64,000 nt of DNA, taken from positions 744,001 to 808,000 of the forward strand of contig CAJFCJ010000003.1 in NCBI GenBank assembly GCA_904063045.1, read 5' to 3'. The position numbers and the translations under genes were made by a program. The stretch is from Dimorphilus gyrociliatus (lineage: Eukaryota > Animalia > Annelida). The notes under the pieces are model-generated. The model saw nothing but the letters and a program-made list of their open reading frames with translations, did not search any database and was not told the origin of the DNA. Shown here piece by piece: positions 13,607 through 26,638 of the stretch; position 1 is the stretch's first letter; each line of letters opens with the position of its first letter.

Positions 13607-14586
13607 ATGAATTGCTGCGAAAAATGTATGAATTTTTTTTCCTCCCTTGCAATAATAGGGGCATTAACTACTATTATAATATTTCTTGTTGGAGAATACC
13701 TGCATAAAACTATTATTGTTAAATTGGAGTTGGTTTATAATTTAAATACACTTATATTTATTATTGGTAAGTTTCAATTTCTCAATATTTTTCCTTCTTA
13801 GAGTGTCCTTTAAAAATTTCCTTCCTGTTTTCAATTTTCCAATCTTAGGAAGTCTTATGCTAGATACTGTCTATAATTCCCTAAAATCTCTTCTTACAGC
13901 TTATTATATATAAATATATATGGGCTGCATAGAAATTGTACTGAATAAATTATATATTCAGTTTATATATATTTATATAAATATATATATACAGTATACT
14001 GTTTATATTATATTAGAATATATAATGTAAAACATAGAAGAGATATTATATGTTAGCATAGCTTTTAAACTAGGGGGCGTCTAAAAGCTTTTACAAAGTA
14101 TTAATATTTAAAAAACATAGAGTCAGCATTTACATATTATTTAGAAAAATCATTTTTTAATCATATACTACAAAAGTTGTTGTTTAAAACATTTCAAATT
14201 CACATTTCACAATGTAGTAATACTGTAATAGAAGGTATGCTTATATAATGTACATAAAATCAATTGGGTAATTCTTAATTTAATAATTATTATTTAATAT
14301 TTTTAATGTAGCCACGAATGGATACCTTTTGTTTATTGGTATAGTAATGCTATTCTGTCGAACATGCAAGAACAAACGTGTTGATTCTACAAAACCAGAG
14401 AGTACTAGAACAGATGAAGCTGGAGCTTCAGATTTAGATCAGCATAGAAATTCAACTGGAGATAATAGATTGGCTCGAAATAGACCACCAGTTCCAACGG
14501 CACCTCCTACTTGCGCCCCGGGCACTGTATCTCAGAATTGCTACCCGAGAGGGCCATTACCTTCATATGATGAATGTCTTTATTAA
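13607..14586 (+). CDS. Small orphan membrane protein with two hydrophobic segments and a C-terminal LPSY motif (exons 13607-13767 and 14312-14586)
   Basis: A phase-1 donor (ATTG|gtaagt) joins acceptor tgtag|CCACG in frame. Product: MNCCEKC...LAIIGALTTIIIFLVG...LLFIGIVMLFCRTC...PPVPTAPP...PLPSYDECLY. Confidence 0.6.
14067..14083 (+). promoter_or_regulatory. CTCF-like motif (AAACTAGGGGGCGTCTA)
   Basis: Matches the CTCF core C.AG(A/G)(G/T)GGC(G/A). GC-rich island in an AT-rich intron. Confidence 0.5.
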
Positions 14587-14852
14587 AATCTATTTTATAA
14601 ACAAAATCTCACTACTTGAATAATTGTGCCTGTATTTATACTGTATATATATATGAGTCTCTACGTCCTTTTCCACGCTTAGCACGATCTCCAAGCGTTA
14701 CAATCTGCACTCAACAATTTGATTCTTTCTCTTTATATTTTTATAAATACATAAACATGTGTATAAGTTGGCAGTAGTATTTAAAAGTCTACACTATATC
14801 TTGAAGAAACTTCTAATCTTGATCATTCCGCTTTCTCTCATCGGAACACACG

Positions 14853-15669
14853 CTATATAGAATAAATATCTGGTGATTTCCTTCTTGATTTTTTCAATGA
14901 TTTTATTCTTTTTTCCTTTATTCTATGTTCATTCGACTTTTTCATTCTGAAAAAATTAAATCTTACTTTTAATTTATCAGTAAATAACACTTCAAAGAAA
15001 TTGAATACAGCCTCTTAGTTTTACATACAGTATAAAAAGTCTACAAGCTTTAAAGATTAATTTTCTATCTAAGGTTCTTAACATACCTGGTCTTCTTTAG
15101 CTTTATCTCTTCCTCTGAAGGAATATAATCTGGTTTTTCGACTCTTTGAATTATCGTTTTAATTTTCTCTATACAATCTTTCAAATTTAAATGTTGATTT
15201 GGAGTTTTTTCAGAACTTACAATAAGGTATCCATCTTTCGTTACTTTGTTTTTCTCCTTTGAAATAAAATGTTCACTTGAATTTATTAAAAACTTTATAA
15301 GAACAACCTGAATTATTAATTTGCTTTTAATCTCTTCGGAAATCCACGAAGAAGATTGAATATGAAAACGAACATCAACTTTCGAATTAATTTTATTAAC
15401 ATTTTGTCCTCCAGGTCCGCTACTTCGTGAGTATTTTATTTTTAATGCATCTAATAGGTGTAAATATGACATTTGTCAATAGAAGAAAGCATTGCAGTTC
15501 TTTGATATCTACTAGATGGAATATAACAAAGTATACCTAAAGGAATATTTGTCGAAACTCTCCTCATATTCCATATCTAAAATAATAACTTGTAGTTATA
15601 TTTTTAGGAAAATAATAGTGAATTAACCATTTTTAAACTTTTGGTAAAGAAGCACGTTCTGAAATTCAT
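14853..15669 (-). CDS. MRPL58: Mitochondrial peptidyl-tRNA hydrolase ICT1 / mL62
   Basis: TNIPLD|ALKIKYSRSSGPGGQNVNKINSKVDVRFHI with the GGQ motif. Basic C-terminal exon RMKKSNEHRIKEKRIKSLKKSRR. Transit-peptide-like first exons. Confidence 0.9.
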
Positions 15670-15743
15670 GAGAAACGCATCAGACGATAATAGGCAAAAA
15701 TCAAAACTAGAAGAGAAAAGCTTGAATGTTTTACTTTAATCTT

Positions 15744-15754
15744 TTTGGCGGGAA
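15744..15754 (+). promoter_or_regulatory. E2F-type motif TTTGGCGGGAA upstream of MRPL58
   Basis: Motif match about 75 bp upstream of the MRPL58 ATG. Confidence 0.35.
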
Positions 15755-17791
15755 GAGTTAATGTTCTATATTACTAAATTGATAACATTTATCGCCTCAA
15801 AAAGTAAACGTCACAATCCTTTCAAAGACTATCTCCAAGAGAGTTATAAATATATATGTAATTTTGGGTACAGAATTAGACTCAATTAATAATTACTTGC
15901 TAAAAATGAGAAAATGAATAAAGCTCAAGAGGAAAATTTTGGTCGAAATGGAATTTTAAATTTATATAGTGATAAAACATTAAATATGTCACCTTTATAT
16001 GTAGATTAGTTTCGTTATAGCATTTATTTTCAAAGAGTTTGGAAGTAATAGAAGTGACAAACATTAAGTTTGATAAATTTCGACTTTTGAGGATACAACT
16101 TATATTTAATGCAGTACAGTTCTTCTATTCAACGGTCGTTCTTGTGAAATACAATTAGTCTTTTTTCATAAAACTCGTTTGTTATAGATAATTTATCTTT
16201 CTTCTTTCATTGCAGAAACTTTAATAAGCGAAGCTTTTTCCAGAAAAGAATAATATTGTATATATAATTGATTTGAAATATAGCCTTCTACTTTATAATT
16301 GAAATCTAGTCTATAATGATATAAAAGCTAATTAAATGCTTATTACTGTAATCAACGTTTCTTATATTATTCTCCCATGCAAAGATTACAAGCTCATTTA
16401 TCTGTTCATTGAAAATAGATAAATGTAAAAAAAAGCGATAGTCTTTTAACAGATACAGCAATATCTATTTCCAATTGGCGAACAACTCTAATAAACAAGA
16501 AATCAAACTTACTAGGTGATTCTGCAATATATCTAATGCAAAGAAAAGAAGGAAGGAAAGTAAGAAAAATGACTACAAAGGATTGTCAATAGCTCTTTTT
16601 AACAGGTACAAAAAAGTTATATAAGACTTTCATAAATACGTTTTCTATATTCTTTTTATTTACTTTTCATTCATATACGTCCCATGTTGTTTTCAAATAT
16701 TATCGTATATTGTCAAAAATATCACATAATTCGTTTTTAAAGCTGGTGACAATAACTTATTAATTTTAGAAAGATTATAAGTACAAATCATAAATTTATT
16801 GTTTGTATATTTGTAGTAGAATTATAAGTTTTTAAGCCTGAAATTAAATTTTTAATCCCTTCAATTTCTCAATGACAAATTGAAACGTCTTGCACAGGTC
16901 ATCCAATTATTAATAATACTTTATCTTGTTACTGAACTTTGCACAATATAGGTAATTGCAGGTAGTATAGAAGATTTTCATATGGTGTGTAAAGAATAGA
17001 AAAAAAACAGAGGGTCGCCTACATAACTAATTTATTTTAATTGAGACACAAAATTAAGTGAGCTTCCATAGACAAACTACGTTAATATGTTGATTTGGCA
17101 ACATCAGTTGTACTTTCATGATACATTTTATTGAAAAATATTCTGTCAAGCAAATATATTTTGGAAAAAAGTACGTTACAAAGTTTGACTCAACCAACAA
17201 AAATCTCTCTTTACTGTATAAAAATTGCATGTATATATATGATAGGAAATTGTATATTGAAAGGAAAATATATCTTTTTTTTGCATTTTTATTATCATTC
17301 TATCTATTTCATCATATTGGTTGCTTTAAACATAATATTAAAGGTAGGCTCGTGCTAAGGGAAAATTTTTCCTCATGCAAAGGAATATTCCTATAGGATG
17401 CATAAATATGCATTTCTACTGTTAGAAAAAAGCGAAGACATTTTCTATAAACAATAGATCAACACTGAATGGAATGCTTTGCTGCTAAGAATTGAATTTT
17501 TGCTTAGTTTCACGGTTCGTTGAAGTCATAATGAGCCATTTAATAATCTTTGAAATACAATACATTATTATCTTGATACTAATAATAGTAAAAACAATTT
17601 TTCTCTAGTTTTAGGAATTCTCAAAAAATTATAAAATAAAGAATAGCGATGAAAATTAATAAGAAAAGTCTATTGGATAGCAAAACCAAGGAGGAGCAAC
17701 GACGCCGCCCTAGCGAGCCTCGGCTGGCATAAATATAAAAGAACTATGACTCTTTTCAGCATCTAGCTCTTTAGAAAAAGACGGAGAATAA

Positions 17792-20250
17792 ATGGTAAGT
17801 TATTTCCTTCAGAACGGTAACGATAATATTAATTTCATAGAATTTATAAAAATGTATGTATGTCAAAAAACAAACATTTTGGATACCGAATATCAATCAT
17901 CAATAGAAAACTTCGTTTTCACGGGAGCACATAAACCTTTCGAGAAAAAACTAATCTTAATATTGATGTCTATATTCTGCATAATGTGATAGATATTCGT
18001 CCACTTCTAAAAAACAATCACATTTTGTAGATGTATTTATTGGAGTAAAACTACATAAAAGCATGAACTTATATTGTAGGTGTGTTTTTTTTGTTATTAG
18101 TCATTAACATAGATATGTAGACGCTACCTAAGAAAACTATAAAGTTCTAATATACCGTATTGGCTACTTAACTGTCAGCGTGATTAACCTTTCTCTTTAT
18201 ATCTTCTTTAACATAAAAAAATATATAGTATTTAGTTACAATAACCGAATAATAGTATTGTGAATTTTTGTTTACTATTCTTGTCAGTATAGGTATCAGT
18301 AATAAGAGGATTGTATACAGTACTTTCAATGTACTTCTGTAAAGTTTGATAATTGAAGATAAGGTATATAAGGTCACCGAATAAACATTATAGCGCCCTC
18401 AGAAAAAGGACATTTTGACTAAGTTGTTAGCTATACGTTCGTGTAGTTTAACATTTTAGCTAATGCAACCATTAAAGTAGGTATTTTAAAAAATGATCAA
18501 TATATTGGTATACGTACATGGCACTTATGATAAATCACCTTAAAAATATAAAAAGTAGATAGTGTACCTTTTTTATATTAATTAACAATTACTTTCTAAT
18601 TATATTAATTTTGATTATTCTATATTTTGATTATATTCTATATAAAAAAATTTTTTCATTCCATAAAATTCAGTTTTAAAACATATGTTGATCTCGAAAA
18701 GATGGGGGTCATTTCAAATATCGTGGTTAACATGAAAGTTGGACTATTGACTATTGGAAAAATGCCAGAAAGGAGTATGTTTAAATAAATTAGCTGAAAG
18801 TTAAAAATACCTACTATAGATACATGCGACTAAATAGAAATATTTACCTAACAAAACATTTAAGGAGGTAGCTCTTCCCTACAAGGATATTTAAGGCGTT
18901 AATATACAAGGCCATACAACCTACAAGAGTATCCTGAACTCTTTAAAATGTTAGAATAGTCTAGAGAAGACGTATCTTCAGATTGTCTAAATTACTATCT
19001 GCTACTATAGGATGGAGAAGCCGTGCAATACATCTATAAGCATGATAAAGTACCTAAAGAAAATAAATATATAGGGAACTAACCACTCTCTTTCTCTTAT
19101 TGTGTTTCTATTCATATATACCGAATTGTTGACTTATTAATATGCCCACATTTGAAACACTAGTTTACTTATAGTAAATTGATAAATTTGTATTTTACTA
19201 CAGGAATCAAAGCTGAACAGTTCACTCTTGATAACAACAAATACTTCAGAGCTATTTAATCATCCGTACTTTAAATTGGGTCTCCTGCTAAATAAATTCA
19301 TCCTTCCAGTGATTATTATATTTGGCACGATTGGAAATGTGGCTTCTATAGCTGTCCTAACTAGACCGAAAATGAGGTCGAATGCCACATACTTTTATCT
19401 GACTTTCTTAGCAGTAGCGGATACTTTGGTCTTATACGCGAGTGGATTAAAAAGTTGGATAAGGATAATTACAAATGTAGAATTATTACACCTATCAAAC
19501 GCATCTTGTAAAACATTGAGTTTCCTGTTCTTTTTTAGTCTGCATTCTTCAGCGTGGTTTGTACTATTGGTTACGGCTGACAGGTTTTTTGCTGTAATTT
19601 TTCCGTTGAAGATAGCTGTATTTAGCAGTGTAAGTAGAGCAAGAAAAATGGCAGCTATTGCAACGGCTTTAATCGCCGCTTATAGTTCTCCTCTAATTTT
19701 CGATGTCACACTTGTGAAGAAAAACAATAACACAATGTGGTGTTGGAAAAGAACTAAATTTATGAAAGAAGTCTATCCTTATTTTAAACTAATTACCTAT
19801 TCTATTATACCTTTTACTGCAGTATTCTTTATGAATATTGTTATTATAATGGTGATTGCAAGAAAAACCATTGAACGAACTGTTCAGAATACCCAAAACA
19901 ATCAAAATAAACTTATCATCATGCTTTTGGCTGTTTCTTTTGCCTGGTTTCTATTATCAACCCCATTTTCTATTTATCCTCTATTGTTTAGTAAAGAGAA
20001 TACTGTGGAAAATAAAGCAAGAAAGTTTCTGGTTAAAACAATTTGTTTCTTACTCGTGTATTTAAACAGTAGCATCAATTTTTACATCTATTGCATAACT
20101 GGTCAAAAATTCCGAGGAGAACTTAAAAGTCTATTCTGCCCTAGGTGGGTAACGCCAAGAGGAAGCAAGGCAACTATTCGAACACAATTTCAAACCAAAT
20201 TACAAAGAAGGGATTCAAAAGAGGATGTTCCTTTGAAAATAATTTTGTAA
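17792..20250 (+). CDS. Class A GPCR, peptide-receptor-like (FMRFamide/TRH-like clade). Exon 1 contributes only ATG (17792-17794); exon 2 is 19204-20250
   Basis: Seven hydrophobic segments: GTIGN (TM1), LAVAD (TM2), DRF (TM3), PF/W TM6, NSSINFYIY (TM7). N-glycosylation sites NSS and NTS. The long ORF lacks an N-terminal ATG; ATG|gtaagt at 17792 splices in phase 0 to tacag|GAA at 19204. Confidence 0.88.
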
Positions 20251-23159
20251 CAGTGACAAAATGGAGTGTATTTTATTATAAACTTAAAACATTCTTTTAT
20301 TCTTTTTCTCTTTATTGTATAACGAAGCTATACAATTCAAATAATCGTTGAAAGAAGCTGGAAAGAAGGCATTTCACGATTAGAAAAGAAGCAAAAAAGT
20401 TATCTTTATCTCTCCCTCTCTCCTGTCTTAATTTCTCAACTGTCTCAATTCGATTGACAGTCTTGATACACAAATCAATCAAAAAACGTGGAAAACAGAT
20501 TGAGCTTATACTCAAACAGCGTAACCCATTTGAACAGTTACAGTGTATTTCTTTTTTAAATGTTATATAAACATCAAAGAAATATGATACTTATGAGAGT
20601 AACTATACTTTATTATAGAGCAAGACAAGAAACAACGAAAGGGAGAAAGATTGAAAACTGTTTCATAATTTGACGTTTAAATTTAAAGAAGATACATTTT
20701 TATTTTCTGTCATAGAGAAATTACGGAAAGGATGAAAAAGGATATGTATAGTTTAAAGGTTTTGTTGGCTTTAAAACGAGTTAAAAACTATTGTCACGAG
20801 TAGCAGCAAGACTATTTTATTAATTACTTTTATCTGTTCTGTTCTTCTAACTATTATAGAACTTGTTACGTAAAGGAACTTTTCCTTTCCTATTCCTGCT
20901 ATAGATTAGTGTTATATCTTTCCTATTTATCTAATTAGATGCGAATTCAAAATTACTCTGTTTTTACAGTAAGATAATAAATACGAAAACTGATGACGCA
21001 TCAATAAAAAAAATTTCGTTCCATATATATAGAAACTTAAATATAACTACCTATATTATTAGCTAAAATAGAGTAGCCAGAGGGTAATGTAGCACAAATA
21101 CATATTAATACTTTTCATCATATATTTAACAGAGATATACTTAAGAGATCTAAATAAAATTTTAAAAGATACAAAACACTTTAAATTCCTCTGTTAAAAG
21201 GAAATTAACACATACTTTTTCATTTAATTTGGTAATGTACTGTATAGTCCGTTTAACGTACATTTAGTTAAAGTATCACTGAACTCTTTAATAATTTGCA
21301 GCTTCAAGGTTAAGATACTTGATACGTAAATGAAAACAAAGACAACTAGATCAGCTATTCGACCGTATATCACTAAAGTGTCTCTTTTTCTCATTAATAT
21401 TATTAGACTAAGACAAGAGAATTAGTGGTTGTTTAATAAAAAAACAAAGAAAATCGATCTAATGAAAGACATTTATTTTATAAAAATTGTTCTTATTGTT
21501 ATAATACTTTTTATCTCAAACGAAATGACAGATAATTGGTACTGCTGAAGCTAGTACATTGCGGTAGACATTTAAGAAAAAGAAAGAGATTGATAATTCA
21601 ATAAGTTTAAAGATACTAATACTGTGTACAATAGGTTAAGTATAGTTTTGCTCAACTTATCAATAATACTATTGATAATTATTCTCCTAATTTTTCTTAG
21701 AAACTTGTTTGTAAATTAAATTTCCTCTCTCTCCATCAATCAGGTACTGAGACATAAATTATAAAATTTAACTCTTCCTGAAGATCTTTTTATCTAAGAC
21801 AGCAGTGTAAGCTAGAAAAAGCGAAATAAAATACCTTAAAAGATTAGCGATGCAGAAGAGACTGTTTAGTAGTGATTATAGAAATAGTTATAAAGATTAT
21901 CGTGCTATATGACTTCAATATATGGACTGCTTTTTATATCACACTAATGAGTTATTTCTAATGAGTATGAAAGTTATTAGTCCTGAAGCAAACAATAATT
22001 AAAATATTTAATATTTGATCTACAACTATTAGCTGGTAATGAGAGAGAGACTACCTGAACTAATTAAGTCAAACCAATAAAGCGTTATTGAATTATTCAG
22101 GTAGGTGAAGAACCAAGCCAATATATTCTTTCCGTCATACCGTGTGCAGGCGCAACCACCTTAAATGAGGTTTCAAGAAACAAGATGATAATTCTCAATT
22201 TACTCTTGCTATTTGTTGATTGAACTTGTTGATCTTAATCACAAGTTAAGAAGGATTATAAGGAAGAATATTGTTTTTAACATATTGTCCTCATATTTAC
22301 GTAAATAGAATTTTTAAATATCATAATAAAGCTTGAATTTTAACGGCAACGTATCTATCTTTCATTAAAACTACAAAACTATGTGATAAATATATATTTA
22401 AGAGACTGATAAAAATAAATAGAGATGCTAAAATAGGTTAAATATTATATAAGTAATATGCTCTTAACCTTAACCTCTTTTTATAAGCTTCTGGCATTAA
22501 AAGTTTTAAATGAAGGCTAATAATCCTTACCCTTAATTAAAAATAATTATCAAAAACAAGGAAGGAATGAAAATGACAACTGATGAAGTCTTTTAAATAT
22601 GGTATATCTTTTTCATAGTTGTACGATTTTTAAACTATGATTAGGAAAGAAAGAAAATTATGTTTAGAGCTTCTTTTTCCTCTACTCCTTTTCAATATTT
22701 AATAATTATGTAAATGTTTTGGAAAATTACATTAGGCATATAAAAAATTTAAGAGTCAAATATTCAAATAATCTACATTATGAGATCACAATCAGTTATA
22801 TTAAATGTGAAGAAGGGGTAAATTATCAGATATACCTTCTGAGCATCTATTACTTATACTAAATATTCAAATTTTAAATTTAACTTTTAAGAATCTTGAA
22901 GAAATTTTGCCTTGATAATTTAAGTTTATAATAAAGTAATGATAATTTTGAGTCTTAATTAACATAAGTTGTTATCGCTTAAAGAGATTGAACTTCGTAT
23001 ACTCTCTTCACTTTCGCTCATTATATCGTTAAATATAGCAACTCTCGTTGATTATCGCGTGAATAATAATTTCTATGGAAACTGGTGAACTTACCGCGCA
23101 ATAGTCGCTGACTAAGGCGACGTCTATGTTTTTCAATATGGCCGGTTACGACGCACATG

Positions 23160-23167
23160 GTCACGTG
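23160..23167 (+). promoter_or_regulatory. E-box GTCACGTG upstream of ABCF2
   Basis: Motif about 120 bp upstream of the ATG, in a GC-richer promoter patch. Confidence 0.35.
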
Positions 23168-23284
23168 TAAATTAAGCAATTATAAAGCTAGTGACCGATA
23201 TATATTAGCTAGAACTTCAATTATTTTAAAATAAATTCTTTAAATTATTTTAAATCGAAAAAAACCGATTATTAAAATAAAAAT

Positions 23285-25941
23285 ATGCCTTCTGATGCTA
23301 AAAAACGTCGGGCAGCCAAAAAGAAAGATGCTGCCAAATTAAAGGACACTCCTGGTAGGAAAATTGAAGAGAACGGCAGCAGTAAAACTAACGGAACTCA
23401 AAATGGAGCTTCTGTGAATGGAGGTACGTAATTTATGAATAATAATTATTATCCATTAGCTCAGATTCTTAAAAAATTTTTACTCAATTTTACAGCGGCC
23501 ATAGACAGTGTTACAGAGGAAATGGATAATTTGGATATAGCAGCAAAATTTAGGTCTGTTACGGGCGTTTTAGCCTCTCATCCCGAAGGAAGAGATGTAC
23601 ATATTCATAGTTTATCAATTACTTTTCACGGAGCCGAGCTCTTAAGTGACACGAAATTGGAATTGAACAACGGAAGAAGATATGGTTTGATTGGACTTAA
23701 TGGCTGTGGTAAGTTAAAACGAAAAAAAATCTCAAAATATTGATTTTTATAACTACTTCAAAAATAAAGATATAATGCTAAGTGCGTAAAAAGCACTTTC
23801 ATCTATAAAACTCCTTCTTAGGACACATGTGAATTTTATTTACTTGGTTTTCATAACATATTATTCATATCGAAAGTTATATACCATTTTCTATCACAAT
23901 AATTAGTAATGTCTTTCCTTATTCAGGTAAATCGTCATTACTGTCTGCTTTAGGACAGAGGGAGGTACCAATTCCCAATCACATAGATATTTATCACCTA
24001 AGACGGGAAATGGCTCCTTCGAGTAAAACTGCATTGGAAACTGTCATGGAGGTGGATGAAGAACGAATTCGTTTAGAAAAGGAAGCGGAAGAATTAGCTA
24101 CTTTGAATTCTGAAGAGGCAACTGAGCGTTTAACTGATGTTTACGAACGTTTAGATGATCTAGATGCAGATAAAGCTCTGCAGAAGGCTGGTAGAATTTT
24201 ACATGGATTAGGATTTTCAAAACAAATGCAGGACACTAAGGTATTTTAATTAATAAAAGAAATACTACATGTAATTTGTAAGACTTCATTTGTTCACAAG
24301 TGATTCATATGTCATTTACTTTCACTCTAGGTTGAAGATTTTTCTGGTGGTTGGAGAATGAGAATATCGCTTGCCAGAGCTTTGTTTATATCCCCTAGTT
24401 TATTATTGTTGGATGAGCCTACTAATCATTTGGATTTAGAGGCTTGCGTCTGGCTGGAAAAAGAATTGAGAGAATTCAAAAGAATTTTGGTTATAATTTC
24501 TCATTCTCAAGATTTCTTGAATGGAGTATGTACAAATATTATTCATATGAATCAAAGAAAATTGAAATACTATGGTGTAAGTAGTCTAAGAAATTTAACA
24601 TGATATCTAATATGAATGATGTATAATTTTTTCTTAACTTTCTTCCATAGGGAAATTATGACCAGTACATTCAAACGAGATTAGAATTGGAAGAAAATCA
24701 GATGAAACGATACAAATGGGAGCAGGGACAGATAGCACATATGAAGGTGAAATATATTAAAAATTAAAACTCCTCCAAGTTTCCATTGATCAATAGAATG
24801 GTAATATTAATAAATGATACTATTAAAAAATGATGAAAGCAAGGCCGAGGATAAGACAATCCTGCTCCTGTTGATTTTAACTGTTAACAGTTGTAGCATA
24901 ATTGTTCAATGATCATACCCCTAAAGCGATTATTCTGATAAAATTACTGAAGCTATCAAGCTCTTTTGATTAGCTACTTTAATAATTTAAGTTCTAATAT
25001 TAAATATCTTATAATATTTTACCTTACAACAGAACTACATTGCAAGATTTGGGCACGGAAGTGCAAAATTAGCCAGACAAGCACAAAGTAAAGAAAAAAC
25101 ATTGAAAAAGATGGTAGATAGTGGTTTAACTGAAAGAGTGGCTCTAGATAAAACAATCTCCTTCTATTTTCCTGATTGTGGTACAATTCCACCTCCAGTT
25201 ATTATGGTTCAGAATGTTTCATTTAGATATAATGATGAAAAACCTTATATCTATAAGAATTTGGAATTTGGTGTTGATTTGGATACCAGATTAGCTTTGG
25301 TTGGTCCCAATGGAGCTGGAAAGTCTACTCTTCTAAAGTTAATTGTGGGTGAGTTAATTCCAACTGATGGACTTATCAGACGACATTCACATTTGAAGAT
25401 TGGAAGGTAATTTTAATAAACAATTAGCTTTATTGAGATTTCAAAGTATTGATTGTTTGTTATTAGGTATCACCAGCATTTGGCTGAAATGTTGGATCTA
25501 GAAATGTCGGCTCTGGACTGGATGATGAAGTGCTATCCAGACATTAAAGAAAAAGAAGAAATGAGAAAAATTATTGGACGATACGGTTTATCCGGTCAAC
25601 AACAAATATGCTGCATGAAAAACTTGTCCGATGGTCAAAGATGCCGAGTAATTTTCAGCTGGCTTTCCTGGAAAGCTCCACACCTGTTGTTACTTGACGA
25701 ACCTACGAATCATTTGGACATCGAAACGATAGATGCTCTGGCAGATGCCATTAATGAATTTGAAGGGGGTGTAATGTTGGTAAGTCACGACTTTAGGCTA
25801 ATTTCGCAAGTCGCTCAGGAAATTTGGGTTTGCGCCAAACAAACCGTGACTAAATGGGATGGTAGTATATTTTCATATAAGGAATCTATCATGAAGAGCA
25901 TTGAACGCGAGGAGAAGAAAGAATTAAACTCTAGGAAATAA
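23285..25941 (+). CDS. ABCF2: ATP-binding cassette sub-family F member 2
   Basis: [14 protein letters not shown] start. Two ABC domains ([28 protein letters not shown]; [28 protein letters not shown]). No transmembrane segments. Confidence 0.96.
24830..24950 (+). ncRNA. Candidate intronic box C/D snoRNA/scaRNA in ABCF2 intron 24747-25032
   Basis: ATGATGA (box C) at 24830, an ATGATCA C'-like element at about 24909, and CTGA at 24935 and 24947, inside an unusually long intron. No target verified. Confidence 0.35.
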
Positions 25942-26638
25942 ACTTTTATGTAAACGCAACTATTTCTCTTTTGTTGATGAATAAATGCGATTATTTAAAA
26001 GTTCATAAATTCATAATAAGGGTATCCCTTGCAGTAAACTGTTTTTAATATTTATCGTCTCCTCAATGATTAACATGATATTGAATCGTCGTTAAGCGTT
26101 TTATGCTTAAAAGAAATATATGTGTGTTTATACATACAGACTATATTCGCTTTCATCTTTGTAAATCGGACACTTTTACAAGATATTGAATACCGTATAA
26201 GATTCGAGATAAAACAGAGCAAGTGCGATAAGGAGAAAAGAAAAATAAATATAAGAGACCTTAAAAGTTGATAAGGAGCAACGTATTTCAAAAGTAATTT
26301 GAAATATCTTGAAAGATTTTCGAAGAAATTTAAGTGAGGAACAAACATATTAGATTATTACGAAATATAGTGCACGTGTATTCGAACAAAGCATATACAA
26401 TTACCATAATAATGCCCTACAAATTTCTTTACTTTTTTTTGGTTGCATATTTAATTCATTTAAACAACGACAGAAAAAACATCGACTAAGAAGACTAAAC
26501 CTAAAAGTGTTATAAAAATATATACAAAAAACTGCACCAGAACAAAAAGAAAATATGGAAAAAAAGATGGGAATTCTGTTTCTTAATGGTTTTTTTTTGC
26601 TTTCTTTTTTTTTTGGTTTTTTTGTTTTTTTTTGTTGT

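Noticed and set aside
20251-23100. 2.8-kb gap between the GPCR and ABCF2
   Set aside because: I tried exon chains on both strands and all met stops. I could not support a gene or repeat, though a divergent gene is not excluded.
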